A stretch of 64,000 bases of DNA from Podarcis tiliguerta. Its lineage: Eukaryota. The stretch lies in NCBI GenBank assembly GCA_965153285.1, contig OZ229114.1, one strand, 5' to 3'. The notes beneath the pieces are model-generated. The model saw nothing but the letters and a program-made list of their open reading frames with translations, had not been told where the DNA came from and made no database searches. Position numbers and translations under genes: made by a program. Below are positions 48,566-62,079 of this stretch, piece by piece (positions within the stretch are counted from its first letter, which is position 1; each line of letters opens with the position of its first letter).

Positions 48566-48863
48566 TGAAATATACTCGGAGTTGAGAGTGGATTTCATGC
48601 TCTTTATTCAGCTCATAGTGGTGAGGAGGAATGGAAGTTCCCCCAGAATGTCTGCTTTAAATACATTATTTACACAATAGGCCCCACGTGATTGGCTAAT
48701 TCCAGGATTCACCTGTAGGCCAATCAGGTTGCAGATTCACTTCCACCTGGAGCTGGATTGGGTGGCTCCTGTGGACCAATCAGACTGCTGCATTCTGAAT
48801 CCTATTGTTCTAGGACCAATCAGACTGCTGCATTTTGGATCCTATTCAACTCAGTACATAACA
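48566..48863 (-). mobile_element. Solo LTR
   Basis: TG...CA termini, TSD TCCTG/CCCTG, several CCAAT boxes, internal duplication ggaccaatcagactgctgcatt, TATA-like and AATAAA motifs on the minus strand. Confidence 0.85.
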
Positions 48864-49989
48864 CCCTGTGTAAGTTGAGGGTTAAGTTAGAGAGAGGTTT
48901 TGTCTTCCCTCAGAACTACCTGGCCAATGAAAGCACGCCCTCTTCTTGGTTAGCTGAGTTACTAATTGCAAAATTCACTCTTAAGTCACACATGGAATGA
49001 TCTCTGCTGTTACACTTCCTGCAGCCCACATACAAGACTTCTGAATAAAAACTGAGGCTCCGAGACAAATAAAAAATAAAAAATCCAGCTCTATTTTATG
49101 GCATTGGGGAGAGAAAGGCAAGAGCAAAGGAAGGACAGGAACAAATGGCAGTTGTTTATAATACCCATTTTGTGGAGAGAGTGTTGTTTCTCCTCATTGG
49201 AGAGAGAGCTACAGAAATGACTTCTATGCCAATCGTGTAAGCTTACTCCTTTCTTCAGTTTGCTAAATGCTGCTGGGTTTTTACCTCCCTCTTCTGGATA
49301 TACACATACACAATTAAGTTTTCTTTCTTGCAGGCTAATATCCCAAGTGTTTGGAGGCCCATCCAAGAGCCATCTGTTGCTTACCTCTGTGTTCTCCAGT
49401 TTGGGAGACCTCATGGAAAATTCAACACAGATTCATCTGCAGACAGAACAACAAAGTCAGCATTTAACTGTGCTGAATTTTACAGAATTTTCTCCTGCGG
49501 ATGGTATTGATATCTTTTAAGTGAACGGAGTAATGTGGGAATGATTCTCTAAGTTATTGACAGGTGTCCAGAGAGGAGCTGTGTAAGAAACATTTTGATC
49601 CTTGAGAATCGCATCATAATGGATTGGGCTAATCTCCTGGCTTTTCAGATCTGTCCATGTCTAAGACATATCTAAGGTCACATTGTAGCTATAGACTAAT
49701 CAGACTTCTTGCTTCATCTTGCTCAGATGCCAAGTTAAAGCACTTCCCAGGCTCTGACACCATTCCTGTTATAAAAGGTCAGAGTTCCCAGATACACCGG
49801 AAAATATCACAGACATCCAGAGCCTCACATTCACTTAATAGCCATGGTATTGGAAAATATTTTTCTAACTGCTGGGAACGGTGTGTGAAATCCATGCCAG
49901 GACATATTTCCTTCAAATATTCGGACAGTGGAAGAAGTTGATTTCAGCTTCTGTGTTTTCAAACTGCAGTTGAAAGCTTGCACTACAGC

Positions 49990-49990
<1 letters not shown>

Positions 49991-50029
<39 letters not shown>
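49991..50029. repeat. (TG)n microsatellite
   Basis: Direct reading. Confidence 0.97.
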
Positions 50030-50031
<2 letters not shown>

Positions 50032-50039
50032 TAGTGGTA

Positions 50040-50270
50040 CAGTCATACCCCAGATGTTGAGCAGAAACACTCCGAAACATTAGATTTCCAAAGCGCAGCT
50101 TCTTATTGGCTGCAGGAAGCTCCTGCAGCCAATCAGAAGCCATGGAAGCCCCATTGGACGTTCAGCTTCCAAAATAACGTTCAGAAACTGAAACACTGAC
50201 TTCTGGTTTTTGATTGTTTGGGAGCCAGAATGTTCGACTCCAAAGCCATTCAGTAGCCGAGGTACGACTG
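50040..50270. mobile_element. Tc1/mariner-type MITE
   Basis: TA|cagtcatacc ... ggtacgactg|TA; internal palindrome attggctgcagga.gc.tcctgcagccaat. Confidence 0.88.
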
Positions 50271-53200
50271 TATATTCCACTGTAAAGGGCTGCCTAAATG
50301 AAGAAAAGGGAGTTGACCACTTATATTTCTATTTCTATTTCATTTAACAGGATAGGTTTAGGGTGGCAGAGTCCACAACCAATCACAAACTACCTGCCCT
50401 GTGTGGGAAAGAGGAAAACATGTAGGACAGATTGCATATGTAAGCCTACCACATGAAATAGTATTTAATCGAGTAAGTCAGAGATCCTCAGAAAATCAAG
50501 TCACTTCTGTTTAGGTACCTTAATGAATGTTAAAGTGTTTTGATATCGGTTTAAGATTTAAGATGGTTCTTTATCTTTGAATCCCAGAGAGAATCGCAGC
50601 TGAATTATTTTCACTATCCTTTTGATAGCAATTTAATATGCTGCTGACTGTTCCCCCCCCCCCTAAAAAAAGAAGAAGACATGTTGGAGACTGCATTCAT
50701 CCACCTGTCCATATATCTATATATCCTTTGTTTAAGTACAGTGATTGGTTTTCAATAAAACCCAGACACTTCACTTTTGCTTATGCTCACCTTCTCTATA
50801 GCTATGTTTGTATAATATAGGGAAAGATAGATGATGGGGTAGCTACCAACATCTTGATTACTGGATACCATCTCTCTCTGTTCTGATTTCTTGCTATTTC
50901 CTTTTCATCCAGCACCATAAGAAGCCCCCTTTCTACAGTGCTGACACTAGAATATATCTATAAAATACTTGTATTAAATCCAATAAAGCTGTGTTTTTTA
51001 CTCGTGTATAGTAATACTCTGGATAAATCTTCTTAAGCTTTCTGGGTCTTATTTGACACTAAATTAAAATCTGGTCTTGTATGGCATGTTCATTCCCTCA
51101 CTTGTCTCTATTGTCTATGTCTTTCATTTGATATCAGAAAATCACCAGGGGAATGTCAACCTATATTTCCCCCTTTGAAGAAACTCATACACACCGATGC
51201 TGCTGGGCAGTCTTCAAGGTCGTTATTGTAATGCTTGGAAATTATCCCTCCAAAGTCTAATCAGTATTTTCGTTTGTGCTCCTTTATGTTCTGATTTCTG
51301 AAGTTTTCTTGCATAGATCAGCTTTTAATCAATCAGTCATTCTACACTTGTATAGCACTTTCATGCCATGGATCTGAGGAATATTTCCAAACAATATGAT
51401 AATGTATACAATTACCTACAAATTATAGAGAGCTCAATTCTGGAACAGAATGCAAATTGTCAGATAGCTACTTCAGTGAGCAAGTTCACCACTTTCTAGA
51501 AACTCCTGTGCCAGAAGAAAAAAATAATACCATCTTTAAAAGAGAGAGAGAGAGATCTATGAAACAACAATTTCTAAACTGTGTGATAGCAGCCATTAGG
51601 CCTGCATAATTGACTTTGGTACACAAATGATAAAGGGCATGAAAAAGGCATAAAAATACCGCTATATTACTAGTTAGCAAGCAGGGTTGGAAACCGTAAG
51701 GTAATTTGTCCTTTCATGTACCTTCCAGAATTTTACGGATGAAAATAGGTGCATTTGATTTATATTGAACAGGCAAGTGGCTCCTACTGTGATAGTGTGC
51801 AAGCAAACATAAATGAGCTATTGAGAGCCCGTCATGCGCTGAATGCAGTGCTGGAGAGTGAACTTCCAGTTGCTCCTCAGGGTCGCCTTGAACATTACAA
51901 TCAAGTGGCAATGGCAGATACTTGAGTAACTTGCACATCTGCTTTTATTATATAGGAAGTGGGTATTTTCCCCTGTGAAAGGAGACATGTGGACCTTAGA
52001 TGCACAGGGAATTCAAACATCATTATGCAGGAGAAGTGTGCACTGTCCCTCTTAGAAAGTTCAACTGGGAGCACAAAAACTGAACTCATACACCCTCTGC
52101 TTCTGATGTGACAATAATGCACAAATCCACACTCAGCTATAAAACTTCTTTGCTGGGTGGCCTTGGGGTAAGTCGCAATCTCAAAATAACCCTATTTATA
52201 GGGTTATGTTCAGAACAGGAGGAGGATGGGCATGGAATACCCAATAAGGTTATGAAAAATATCATTGCAAGCCCACTTGCATCTTCATCTCAAATAGGGG
52301 CTTCCAATGAATGGGACCAGCATCCTGAGCCAGAAATTTCTGCAAATTTCTGTCAAAATCTGGCTCTTATCTCAACTTCAGGAGGAAAGATGTTGTGTGA
52401 TTCTTTCTGTTGTGTGAAGATGATTCAAAATGCTTGAAGAGCTCAAAGAAGACACTGGAATGGTAGCACCAATTTTCCTGCAGAAATTTTACAGTTGTTC
52501 AATTCTTGAGCCATGCCCTAACAATTTGGTACATGAAATGGTAAGGTTTATCTTCATATTTCAGAGTTCAACGTCTATTCCTAATAGGGAAAATGGCATT
52601 CTGATTTTCCCAAGTTGTTCTGGGATATATGCACTGAGTGAAATACCTTAATTTACCTCATTTTGCAAATTATGAATTACATACCTCTTTATCAGGTGTG
52701 TAGGAAAATGTTCTGAAATGTAAATTAGTAAATTGCTTCAAACCCCTGGAGGGGAAATGCTCAAGAAACAGAGATTAATGTTTAACTCCTCCCTGTAAAC
52801 CCTGTGCTACTTGCATGGCATCACTAACAGCAGCAACCAGGCCCTGTTTCTATAACTGCGAATAGAAGCCAAGAAGATAGGAGGGTACTTTCTATGGTTC
52901 AGAGTGGTACTAAGTCGTCCTTTGGAACTCTGCTGTCAGCTACACAAGAGAAAAGCCAAATGCTTTATAGGAGATCATGCAGTCCAACCTAAAAGGACCG
53001 GCACAGGAGATATTCCAAAATAGGAAAAATTGCATCCAATTCCCAATATTAAAATGAAAGTAGACTATTGCCAATATTGTTGGATTTAAGATTTGGAATG
53101 AGGTTATTCAGAATATGCCCCTGTTCTGTCATTACATCAGAAATGCACAATTCAGTAGCAAACGTATTCCCAAAGGCAGATTTACAGCCATTATTACGGG

Positions 53201-53946
53201 TTCCCCCCACCTCTAAATGTTTGGACCTCATTTTATGTGCACCTGCTGTTTGAATCTGTGTACGGTCACTCTGAATTCTACACTACAGCAGAAAATGTTA
53301 TTTCTTTAAAAATGTATCTGCTTATCTTAAACAAAAATCAGTACAAGAGAGGAAGATTAGATACAAAATACAGCTTATTTCACACTGCTGTCTTGTAGTG
53401 CCTTGACATCATAGGCCAAATTTGAAACTTCCTGCTTACATCAGGGACAATGTATTATTGGAGTCACTGACCTGCAGGAAGATGAGCAACAGATCTTTGA
53501 CTTCCCAAAGCAGAGGCATTTATAACTTCTAAAATGATTGTGTTATCTACATTGTAACACATAATCTTTCTTTCATACTCACAATATGTTGTTTCTGATT
53601 TTTCTCCTTAAAGAACATTGGTGTGTGATGGCTATTTGATTACAGTAGCTGGGCTATCACTAGGGGTGTATCTGATCACTGCAGAGTGAGGCATTATCAT
53701 TTTATTATTGACAAGGTTATGTTAATAGTGCTTGATAGTCTAGGATGGTCAAAGGATGCCTCTTTATAGGAACTAACTTTTAGAAGATGGTTTGAATACG
53801 AAATCCATCAGGTGACAAATCTCCCAACATCATAGCTGGGGGTGGGGGAAAGTATGGATGAAAGCCTTAGGGGCAGTGGATCTGTAGCATGCTATGGGTG
53901 TTCACGCAGCTTGTGGCCACCTATGCTCTACTTACACTTTTAAATA

Positions 53947-54180
53947 TAGTGGTACCTTGGTTTACGAACGTAATCTGTTCCAGAAGTCTGTTCTTAAACC
54001 CAAACCGTTCTTAAACCAAGGTGCGCTTTCCCTAATGAGGCCTCCCACCACTGGTGCCCTTCGACCATTTGATTTCCTTTCTTAAACTGAGGTAAAATTC
54101 TCAAACCAAGACACTATTTCCAGTTTTGTGGAGTTTGTAAACCAAATCGTTCTTAAACTGGACTGTTCTTAAATCGAGGC
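53947..54180. mobile_element. Tc1/mariner-type MITE, right end eroded
   Basis: TA|tagtggtaccttggtttacgaac, repeated gttcttaaac motif, ends aaatcgaggc. Confidence 0.8.
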
Positions 54181-54757
54181 TATATATCAAATATTACAAA
54201 ACACTAGCTTCCATTCACATGCATGGAAGGCAGTGCCATGTTTAACCTGAAACAGGGCCATATTTTTAATCCTGTACCTGAAGTCACACCTATTTCCTCC
54301 AAGAATGGCAAATTCAATGCATTTGGTCTAGCATTCACTACAACATCTCTCATTGGCTGGGATTACTTCAGGAAATAAGGATCAAAGGGTAAAAAACTAT
54401 GGTGCTGAAGTAATCCCATGGAAACAATGGCTGTGAACAAGTTCAAACAGTGTACTTCCCTGCAAGTAAAAAGCAAATATTTTTTCTGGAGCTTTTTCAT
54501 GCCTCTTAAAAGCAGAATGTTCGTCCCAAAAACATTCACAGGCAAATATTTGACACGGCTCTCATTCTGGAAAAAATGAAGTTATTTTTTCACACTCTGG
54601 TTAGCATTTGCCTGTGGTGCATTTATGCCTATTACCAGAAGTTCACAGAAGCAGCAGAGATTGCCATCTGGGCTCTTCCACTGGCATCCTTCATAACTAC
54701 TTAAGACTAATAACACAACATTATAAGCAGGATGGAAAATCTACATGTTTAGAAGTT

Positions 54758-54909
54758 TGTATACACCACTCATTTAAAGCACAAACCCCAAAAGACTCAT
54801 GGGAACCATAGTTTACTCACCGCAAGCTACAATTCCCAGCACCCTTAAGAAAGTACAATGCCCAGGACACTTTGAGGGGGTAATGGGCTTTAAATGCATT
54901 GTGTGTACA
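54758..54909. mobile_element. Palindromic MITE
   Basis: tgtatacacc..catttaaagc / gctttaaatg..gtgtgtaca arms; related relic at about 55265-55370. Confidence 0.7.
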
Positions 54910-55419
54910 CATCCTAACTGGGGAAAAAGCCCAAGAAGAAAATTGTAGGAACAAATGAACAGTTCTCACAACGGAGGGAGGAAAGAAGTGCACACTTCAA
55001 GGACTGCTGGTTTTCAATCTATTCCTAAATAATCTGGAGTTAGAAGTAAGCGGTGAGGTGGTCAAATTAGTTTATTTTCTTAAATTACTGTTCTGCTGTT
55101 ATCTTTGGAGTGAGCATTTATTTGCTACTGTTGCAAGGGCTGTTATAGGAACTAGAAAAACTTACTTCCAATGAGGAAATGATCTAGTGGGTCTATTTCC
55201 AAATAGGCTCACCTCACCAGTCCTGTGGCAAAGACTGCCGTACCATACCAGTTGATGATGCCATCAGGGGCTACATTTGCAATATATTTTGAAATAATTT
55301 TTAGACCTCTTTCCACAGTCATGGCATCCCACAAAGAATCCAGGGGAACTGTAGTTAAAGGTATTGAGATTCAATATTGGGGGGGAGGAGGCAGTAGGCA
55401 GTATGCAAGACCCTTCTAA

Positions 55420-55945
55420 CCCGCTAGGCTAGCTTCCTTTGTTGAGGTGACAGCCTGGCTGAAAGGCCATTAAGGGAAACAAAGGAAAGGGACTCTGTGT
55501 GAGATGACCAGCTTGTAGCTGAAAGACAAAGCTAGAGATTGGAGTAGAGTTTTGATGCTCGGAACCCCAACCATCACAGGATCAGTTTGTACATGTGTAA
55601 ATAAACCATATACAGTGGTACCTCGCAAGACGAATGCCTCGGAAGACGAAAAACTCGCAAGACGAAAGAGTTTTTCGTTTTCTGAGTTGCTTCGCAAGAC
55701 GGATTTCCCTATGGGCGTGCTTCGCAAGATGAAACGTCTTGTGCCTTTTTTTAAAAAAACCGCCAATGCATTCCTATGGGAAATCGTCAATACACATTGG
55801 TGCTTCGCAAGACGAAAAAACTTGTAGAACGAAAAAACTCGCAGAACGAATTAATTTCGTCTTGCGAGGCACCACTGTATCATAAAGACACCACAGTCTC
55901 AACTGTGCCTCATTTCCAAAAGGGAACATGAACTCTGGGTTCTTG
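55420..55945 (+). mobile_element. Possible LTR remnant interrupted by a MITE
   Basis: tgtaaataaaccata|MITE|tcataaagacaccacagtctc reads as an LTR-like polyA/U5 segment; ends not resolved. Confidence 0.35.
55613..55877. mobile_element. Young Tc1/mariner-type MITE
   Basis: TA|cagtggtacctcgcaagacgaa ... ttcgtcttgcgaggcaccactg|TA (22-bp TIR, one mismatch); CpG-rich. Confidence 0.95.
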
Positions 55946-55988
55946 CACTTGAACCCAGAATCTTGCACTACTCAGAGATTGAAGTGGC

Positions 55989-56033
55989 AATAGTAATAGT
56001 AGCAGTAGTGATGATGATGATGATGATGATGAT
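55989..56033. repeat. (TAG)n(TGA)n compound microsatellite
   Basis: Direct reading. Confidence 0.9.
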
Positions 56034-59000
56034 ATAACCCCATCTTTCCTTCCCCAGGAGCCAGGACAGCAAACATACAAGTGAAAAAACAATTAAAATA
56101 TCTACAATTCCAAGAGTGGTTTAATGATAAATCCCTCTTCCCAAGGGAGTGTGGGAATTTTAGCACTGTGTGGGGAACAGGGATCTTCGAACAACTCTCA
56201 GCATCCTTAACAAACTGCAAGCAAACTCCCATAATTATTTGGGGGAAGTCATGTATAATAGTGCTTCAAATGTATGGTTCAAATGTGGCTTGAAAAGAGA
56301 GCTAACATCCATGGGACAGAATAGGGTACAATGAGAGCTCTGTCTTAAGAAAGTGATAAAAGAGTAACTTGGTAGTGACATCCAGGAAGATGTCTATGTT
56401 TAGGCAATGAAAACATAAAATAATAAATAGCATATCTAAGGTTTTACTGTTTGTTGAGATGATGAAATCATAATAATTTTCATTACATGCCCTAGATATG
56501 GTTGCTAAAATAAGGAAATTCTGAGATGAAAGAGGCATAGAGAGCATCAAAGAAACTGTTTAATATGTTCGGGAAAACCATGAATATTCATGCCAATGAA
56601 ATCACGTTACAACCTAATGGAACAGCAGTTGACCACCATGCTGCTGAAATGTAATTCAGACATAAATATTCGGATACCTTTCTACGGTGACAAACCTCTG
56701 GAATTGCAGTGGAAATAAAAGTATATAGCATAACTCATAACCAATGTATTATTCTTGGATGAAACGCACATACTAATAGGAAGAAGGGGAAAAGAGTCTT
56801 GTCTCTTGCATTGTGAGGTTGAAATTTTCACTGTTGTACAAGAACTTTAAATGATGCAACATGTGAGGTTGAACGGCATTCCCCAACTTAGTGAAATATG
56901 ATCATTAGCAGGCCCACTAGTGCAAGCTTTTAAAGCAGAGTCATCTGTTAAATTCAATTTTATTTCACTGGCTGGTGATTCAGATGAGTCTTTTCCTTCC
57001 TGGAATGGTCATCTATGTGCATGATCTTCAAAAGCAGCATTTAGTTGCCAACTTCATTCCCAGTTCTACCCTTACTCACACAGCACACTTGGATCATAAT
57101 GCCTGGCCACACATAACCCCACAATAAAACAGAATGAAACGTTTATTGCCTACAAATGACATTGTCTCACTGCTGCTGAGACAGCCCAAAGGTTCAGGTC
57201 ATTCGATTGCTTTGTAGTGTTAAGCAAATGAACAGAACTGAATTGACCATTCTAATATAAGGGGCCTATTGTGTTCATTCTTGACCCATGCAAGATCACA
57301 TTGTTATTCAAATATTTTCATAATTGCCCCAATCCAGAGCTTCATGTGTGCTTGAATGCTAGCATAGAGCTCTTATGCACCCCCCCTTTCAATGGATGGA
57401 GCAGCAGTTCCACATATGCTAAAATGTGTGCACACAAATATGCACCCTCCCTTTGCATGCCAGGGTGCTGTTGTCTATGTGACTGATTGCTGGTTCAAGG
57501 CCAATGCCGTGTAAATTTGGGGAGGTGTATAACTGCTATGTTTCCTGGCTGTATTATAGGAAAACACCATAAATGTTCTATCAGAGGCAATAGATGAATT
57601 GCTGTGCCCAGCAACTTATGTTTAGTAACACAATTTTTGTTATAATTAGATAATTCTGTTACTGCATTTTTAAGTCTTTCACTTCCACTTCACTTCATGA
57701 ATATGTAAGAATATAGATAATTTAACCATTGAGTTACTTCACTACCCAGTTCATTTTGCTCTGCAGTGCTGCAATAGACTTAATGATGGTTCTACAAATG
57801 ACTTGCTTGTTAAAGCTCCAAATTTAATAAGAAATTTATTTCTGCTGACAGCTCCACTGTAGTTAGCATTCAAAATATCAAAGGACAATTGCCAAATGTT
57901 CATAATGCAAGTTGTCAGGAGTGCAATCTGGAATAATGGAATATACATCTTGCAAACTTGCACTTTGATATGGCAAATCACTTGGTCAGCAAGCAAATTG
58001 ATTCATTTATGATTTCCTATTATTGCAAGTAGTGGGTATGTTTTCACAAGAAGTTTCACTCTCTGAAGACTTGCAAAATCACCTACAGAACAATATCAGT
58101 TATGAATATCAGTCATACTGAGTATACTGATACCGAGTACATGGATAGAAAATATGCACTTGCCATAAAATTATTTTCTCACAATTCAAAATGTCACAAA
58201 GGATTTAAAAATGATGGTGGTGATGATGAGATGAGGATGATTTGGCTTTCAGTTTTGGCTTATTTTCTGCTTAACATTAATCCAAAACACTAAGGGTTAA
58301 ATTGAACATTGTGTTAACCAGGGGAGCATCCGCTTTTTTTAGGGGGAGCACCCAGGAAGTAAGAGGGGGTGGGAACACAAAGCGCCCATTAACATCAAGT
58401 GTTATTGGGTTAAGTGGAATAACCATGGGGATATTGTGGAGACTAAGGCCATACTGCACGCAGCATTCGTATAGGTGCTCTACTTCAACATAAACACTTC
58501 TGTGCTTGCATCCTGACTGTACGAGACACTGGGCCAGTTCACATGTACCAAGCCTGGATTAGGGCCAAGTTATACATTATGTTAGTCATGCTTTAAAGTA
58601 AATGTCTTTAAACAGGCCACTTATTTTGAAAAAAAAAGGCAGCAGTTTAGGAGGTGTGATATTGTCCTTCGCCTCAGGCACATAAATGTCTAGGGCTGGG
58701 CCTGCTTACAGTCCTCGCATCTGTTCCGACTGCTGGAGCACCATTTCTCTATATGATTTATTATTATATTCCACTGAATATTAGAGTTCATTTCTTAACC
58801 CAGCTGTGCTATACACACCCCACAGTCAGCTGGATCCTTCCATTTGCTTGGGGAAGGAATGCATCAGCGATACCAAAGCTCTGACTCTGTTTTATTTCAG
58901 CCTTGATGGGACATCAGGAAAATAATAAAAGAGGATCAAACTGGGACATTAACCGGTAACAACTGACTGAACCTGGTGCTTTTCATTCAGCAAACCCTTT

Positions 59001-59881
59001 TTGTCCATTTGCAAGTGCCCTTAATTTAGAAAGCAGATTTTTTACTACTATTCTTTGGGCACTGGCACTGACTCAGGACCAGCTATTGGCAGTCCTCTGC
59101 TGTCGGCTGGCCCTTGGCAAAACATTTGGTCTGATCTATTCTCAGAAACTCACTTGCCAGCTGTCTAAAATCTATTCAGAGCTCATCTGTGCTTTGGAAT
59201 TGCTTCTGACCTGAGGGTTATTGTGATTGATAATGTAAGCAGATCTTCAAGAAGATGAAGAAGAACCAGCTAACTATATGATCAACAGGCAAATCCTTGT
59301 CAAATGTGTTTAATTGTGGTAGAACTATCCTGATGCCACTTGTTTGGCTACTTATTAGAGCACCAAGGCCCCCCCAAACCCTTTCTGCCCATAGCCAGGG
59401 AGGTTAAAACATTATGGTTCATCCTGTAGAGGCCGTGAGTATTATTTGCGTATTATGGGTGACCCCAGTATTTGAACACTGCTCACCATGTGGGTGACTA
59501 TGAAAACAGAAAGTCTCCAACCAGCTCCTGGAGCATGGTCGACATGAGTAGACATGCCACTAGGGAGGACAACTGTTCACATCCATATCTTCATCTGAGA
59601 TTAATAGGAAGCTGAGATGAATGGGAAGCTGTGGGGGACATCAATGTGCGAATCACACCTCTTCTATTATTCAGATGATATTGCTGGATTAGGGCAATGA
59701 ACCACCTCCAGGTTGTTATCTCTCTTGTTATTATCTCTCTCAATGGCCATCATTCTTATTCTAAGTACAACAGGGTTGGTCAGGGATTAGAAGTGTTATG
59801 TCTCCCAAGTTATGCATCCTCTGTAAAAGAACCCCCACTCCTAAACCCAGTATGTGATGTAGAACATGATCAAAAATGATT

Positions 59882-60055
59882 GGGAAGATGCAAAGCTGTC
59901 TTATAGTGAGTCAGACAACCAAATTGTCTAGCTCAGTATTGTTGACATTTTCCAGGATTTTAGGCAGGGGCTCTCCTAGCCCAACCTGAAGTTGTTGGGG
60001 GTTCCACCTGGGACCTTTCATTTGCAAAACATGTGCTCTGCAACTGACCCATGGC
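59882..60055 (-). mobile_element. tRNA-derived squamate SINE (Squam3-like)
   Basis: aagctgtcttatagtgagtcagac..tctagctcagtattgt..acctgggacctt..atgtgctctgcaactga, the reverse of 29510-29697. Confidence 0.75.
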
Positions 60056-61561
60056 TGACCATTAATTCTTCTTAGGTTTTCTTATGCGTTTCATGCTTTG
60101 AATTTAAAAGGGCACACACAAGTGAATGCGTATGTTCCATGGCATTCTCAAACCAAGGCATTCCAGTACTGGTTGTGATCAGAAGAGTAGACTAAAGTGT
60201 TGTTGATTTAAATATAAAAATATAAAAAATTTCAAAGGTGCATAGTAAAAAAAATAAGGTGTCTTGCAAAGTCAGCACTGTGGAGTCTGAAGGACAGCTG
60301 AACAACCCGAAAACCAGGCACATGTTAATGTAATACTTTAGCCTGCAGTTTTGAGAATACATGCCATGACCCTTCCTCAGTTTTTCTTCAACTCTTAATA
60401 GCACATAACTCAGACGTAGTTTCTACCTGAGTGGAACATCTGACTTTGTTTTACAAGTAATTCATTAATGAGTCACCTACATGCCTTAGGTGGTTTATAT
60501 CCATTATCCCCACTTAACAGTTTGGCCTCAGGATGCCTTTCAATATAAATAATCTTCGAAGATGCTTGTATAGCAGAAATGTGTTTCTTTTTATAGCAAA
60601 TCTGAAATTAGCTAATTTTATTTGACTTTCTTTCTCGAGATGAGCATGAATTATGAAATACCATACAGCTGGCACGAAATTTACTAATATGGCAGGGCTC
60701 CGACAAACTCTGCACAAATACACAGAACACATGTTCCAGTCATTTTTCTCTACATGACTTTTAACTGGTCAGGTGGAGTTTTAAAGTAGACCTTGACGGA
60801 TGAAAAGTCATTTTAAATTGCATCTCACATTTCAGAAATAATTCTTTAAAGCTCTCGGTACTTCCTCCATGATTTATATTCTTTTTCGTGTAAGTCCTCT
60901 GAGAGGGTCAGGAGATCCCAGTTCAAGGAGTAGCTTTGGTATTATCCCACTCCCCCAAATCATCTCCTGCCTGTAGTTTTCTATTAAGGTAAACTGGGAA
61001 AAATAAAACATTAACTCTGCTAAAAAGGAATCTTACTTTTAGATATATTGAACCAAATGTATAACATATTGCTTTCCAAGAAAAATGATAACTACTCTAG
61101 TGACTACATAAATTGTTTCAATGTTCAAAGTGGAACAAAATTACTAGGCTTCCATGGAGCCAACCAATGGAGTGCAAATGATTCATGCTGTCTACCAAGT
61201 ATGTGTTGCATTTGTGTTTCCCTCCCTCTTTCCATTTAGGAGCTCAGCTGAGTATCCTGTAAGGTAGGGTAGGCTCAAGGCTTCATGAGCTTTGCCACAG
61301 AACAGATATTTGGACCTGGGCTTTCTGAAACAGCAATCGTTGTTGAAAGGTGGAAAGCCTTTACAGGTGGAGAAAGTTACTTGGAACAGACACACAAACC
61401 ACTCTTCGTTTCTCTTTGTTTTTCATTTTTCCCCCCAGTTCAGCTGCCTGTACTTCCAGATCAGTTTACATTTAAAATAAGTTCACATGAAAATCTGTGA
61501 AAATTTTCGCACGCTCTTCACCAAATATACACAATTTTGCATGCAGTTATGTCCCAATATA

Positions 61562-61897
61562 GGGGACGCGGGTGGCATTGTGGGTTAAACCACAGAGCCT
61601 AGGACTTGCTGATCAGAAGGTCAGCGGTTCAAATCCCTGCAACGGGGTGAGCTCCCATTGCTCGGTCCCTGCTCCTGCCAACCTAGCAGTTCGAAAGCAC
61701 ATCAAAGTGCAAGTAGATAAATAGGTACCTCTACGGTGGGGAGGTAAACGGCGTTCCCTGCGCTGCTCTGGTTCGCCAGAAGTGGCTTAGTCATGCTGGC
61801 CCCATGACCCATAAAAACTGTCTGGGACAAATGCCGGCTCCCTCGGCCTATAGAGCGAGATGAGCACCTAATGGTCAGGGTTCCCTTTACCTTTACC
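61562..61897 (+). mobile_element. Sauria SINE, full-length 5' end
   Basis: ggggacgcgggtggcattgtgggttaaaccacagagcctagg, B box ggttcaaatcc, (cttta)n tail; 14-bp TSD TATGTCCCAATATA at 61548-61561 and 61898-61911; about 30-bp deletion near the 3' end relative to 34901-35227. Confidence 0.97.
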
Positions 61898-62079
61898 TAT
61901 GTCCCAATATAAGCATTTTCCCCCAAACAATTTTACCTAATATATATATATATATATTACTAATATAAGTGTTTATAATTATTTCTAATACTCCCTCCTC
62001 CAAAATAACATAAAAATATAAATACAGAAAATGAATGCACACTTTTCTATAATATGCACTTTTCTCCACATTGTGGAAC

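Noticed and set aside
55621-55870. CRISPR-like repeated motif with variable spacing
   Set aside because: Eukaryotic DNA, repeats about 12 bp with irregular spacing, enclosed by TIRs and a TA duplication, and no cas genes
55910-56232. Poly-His/poly-Ser ORFs
   Set aside because: Translation of a (TGA)n/(TAG)n microsatellite
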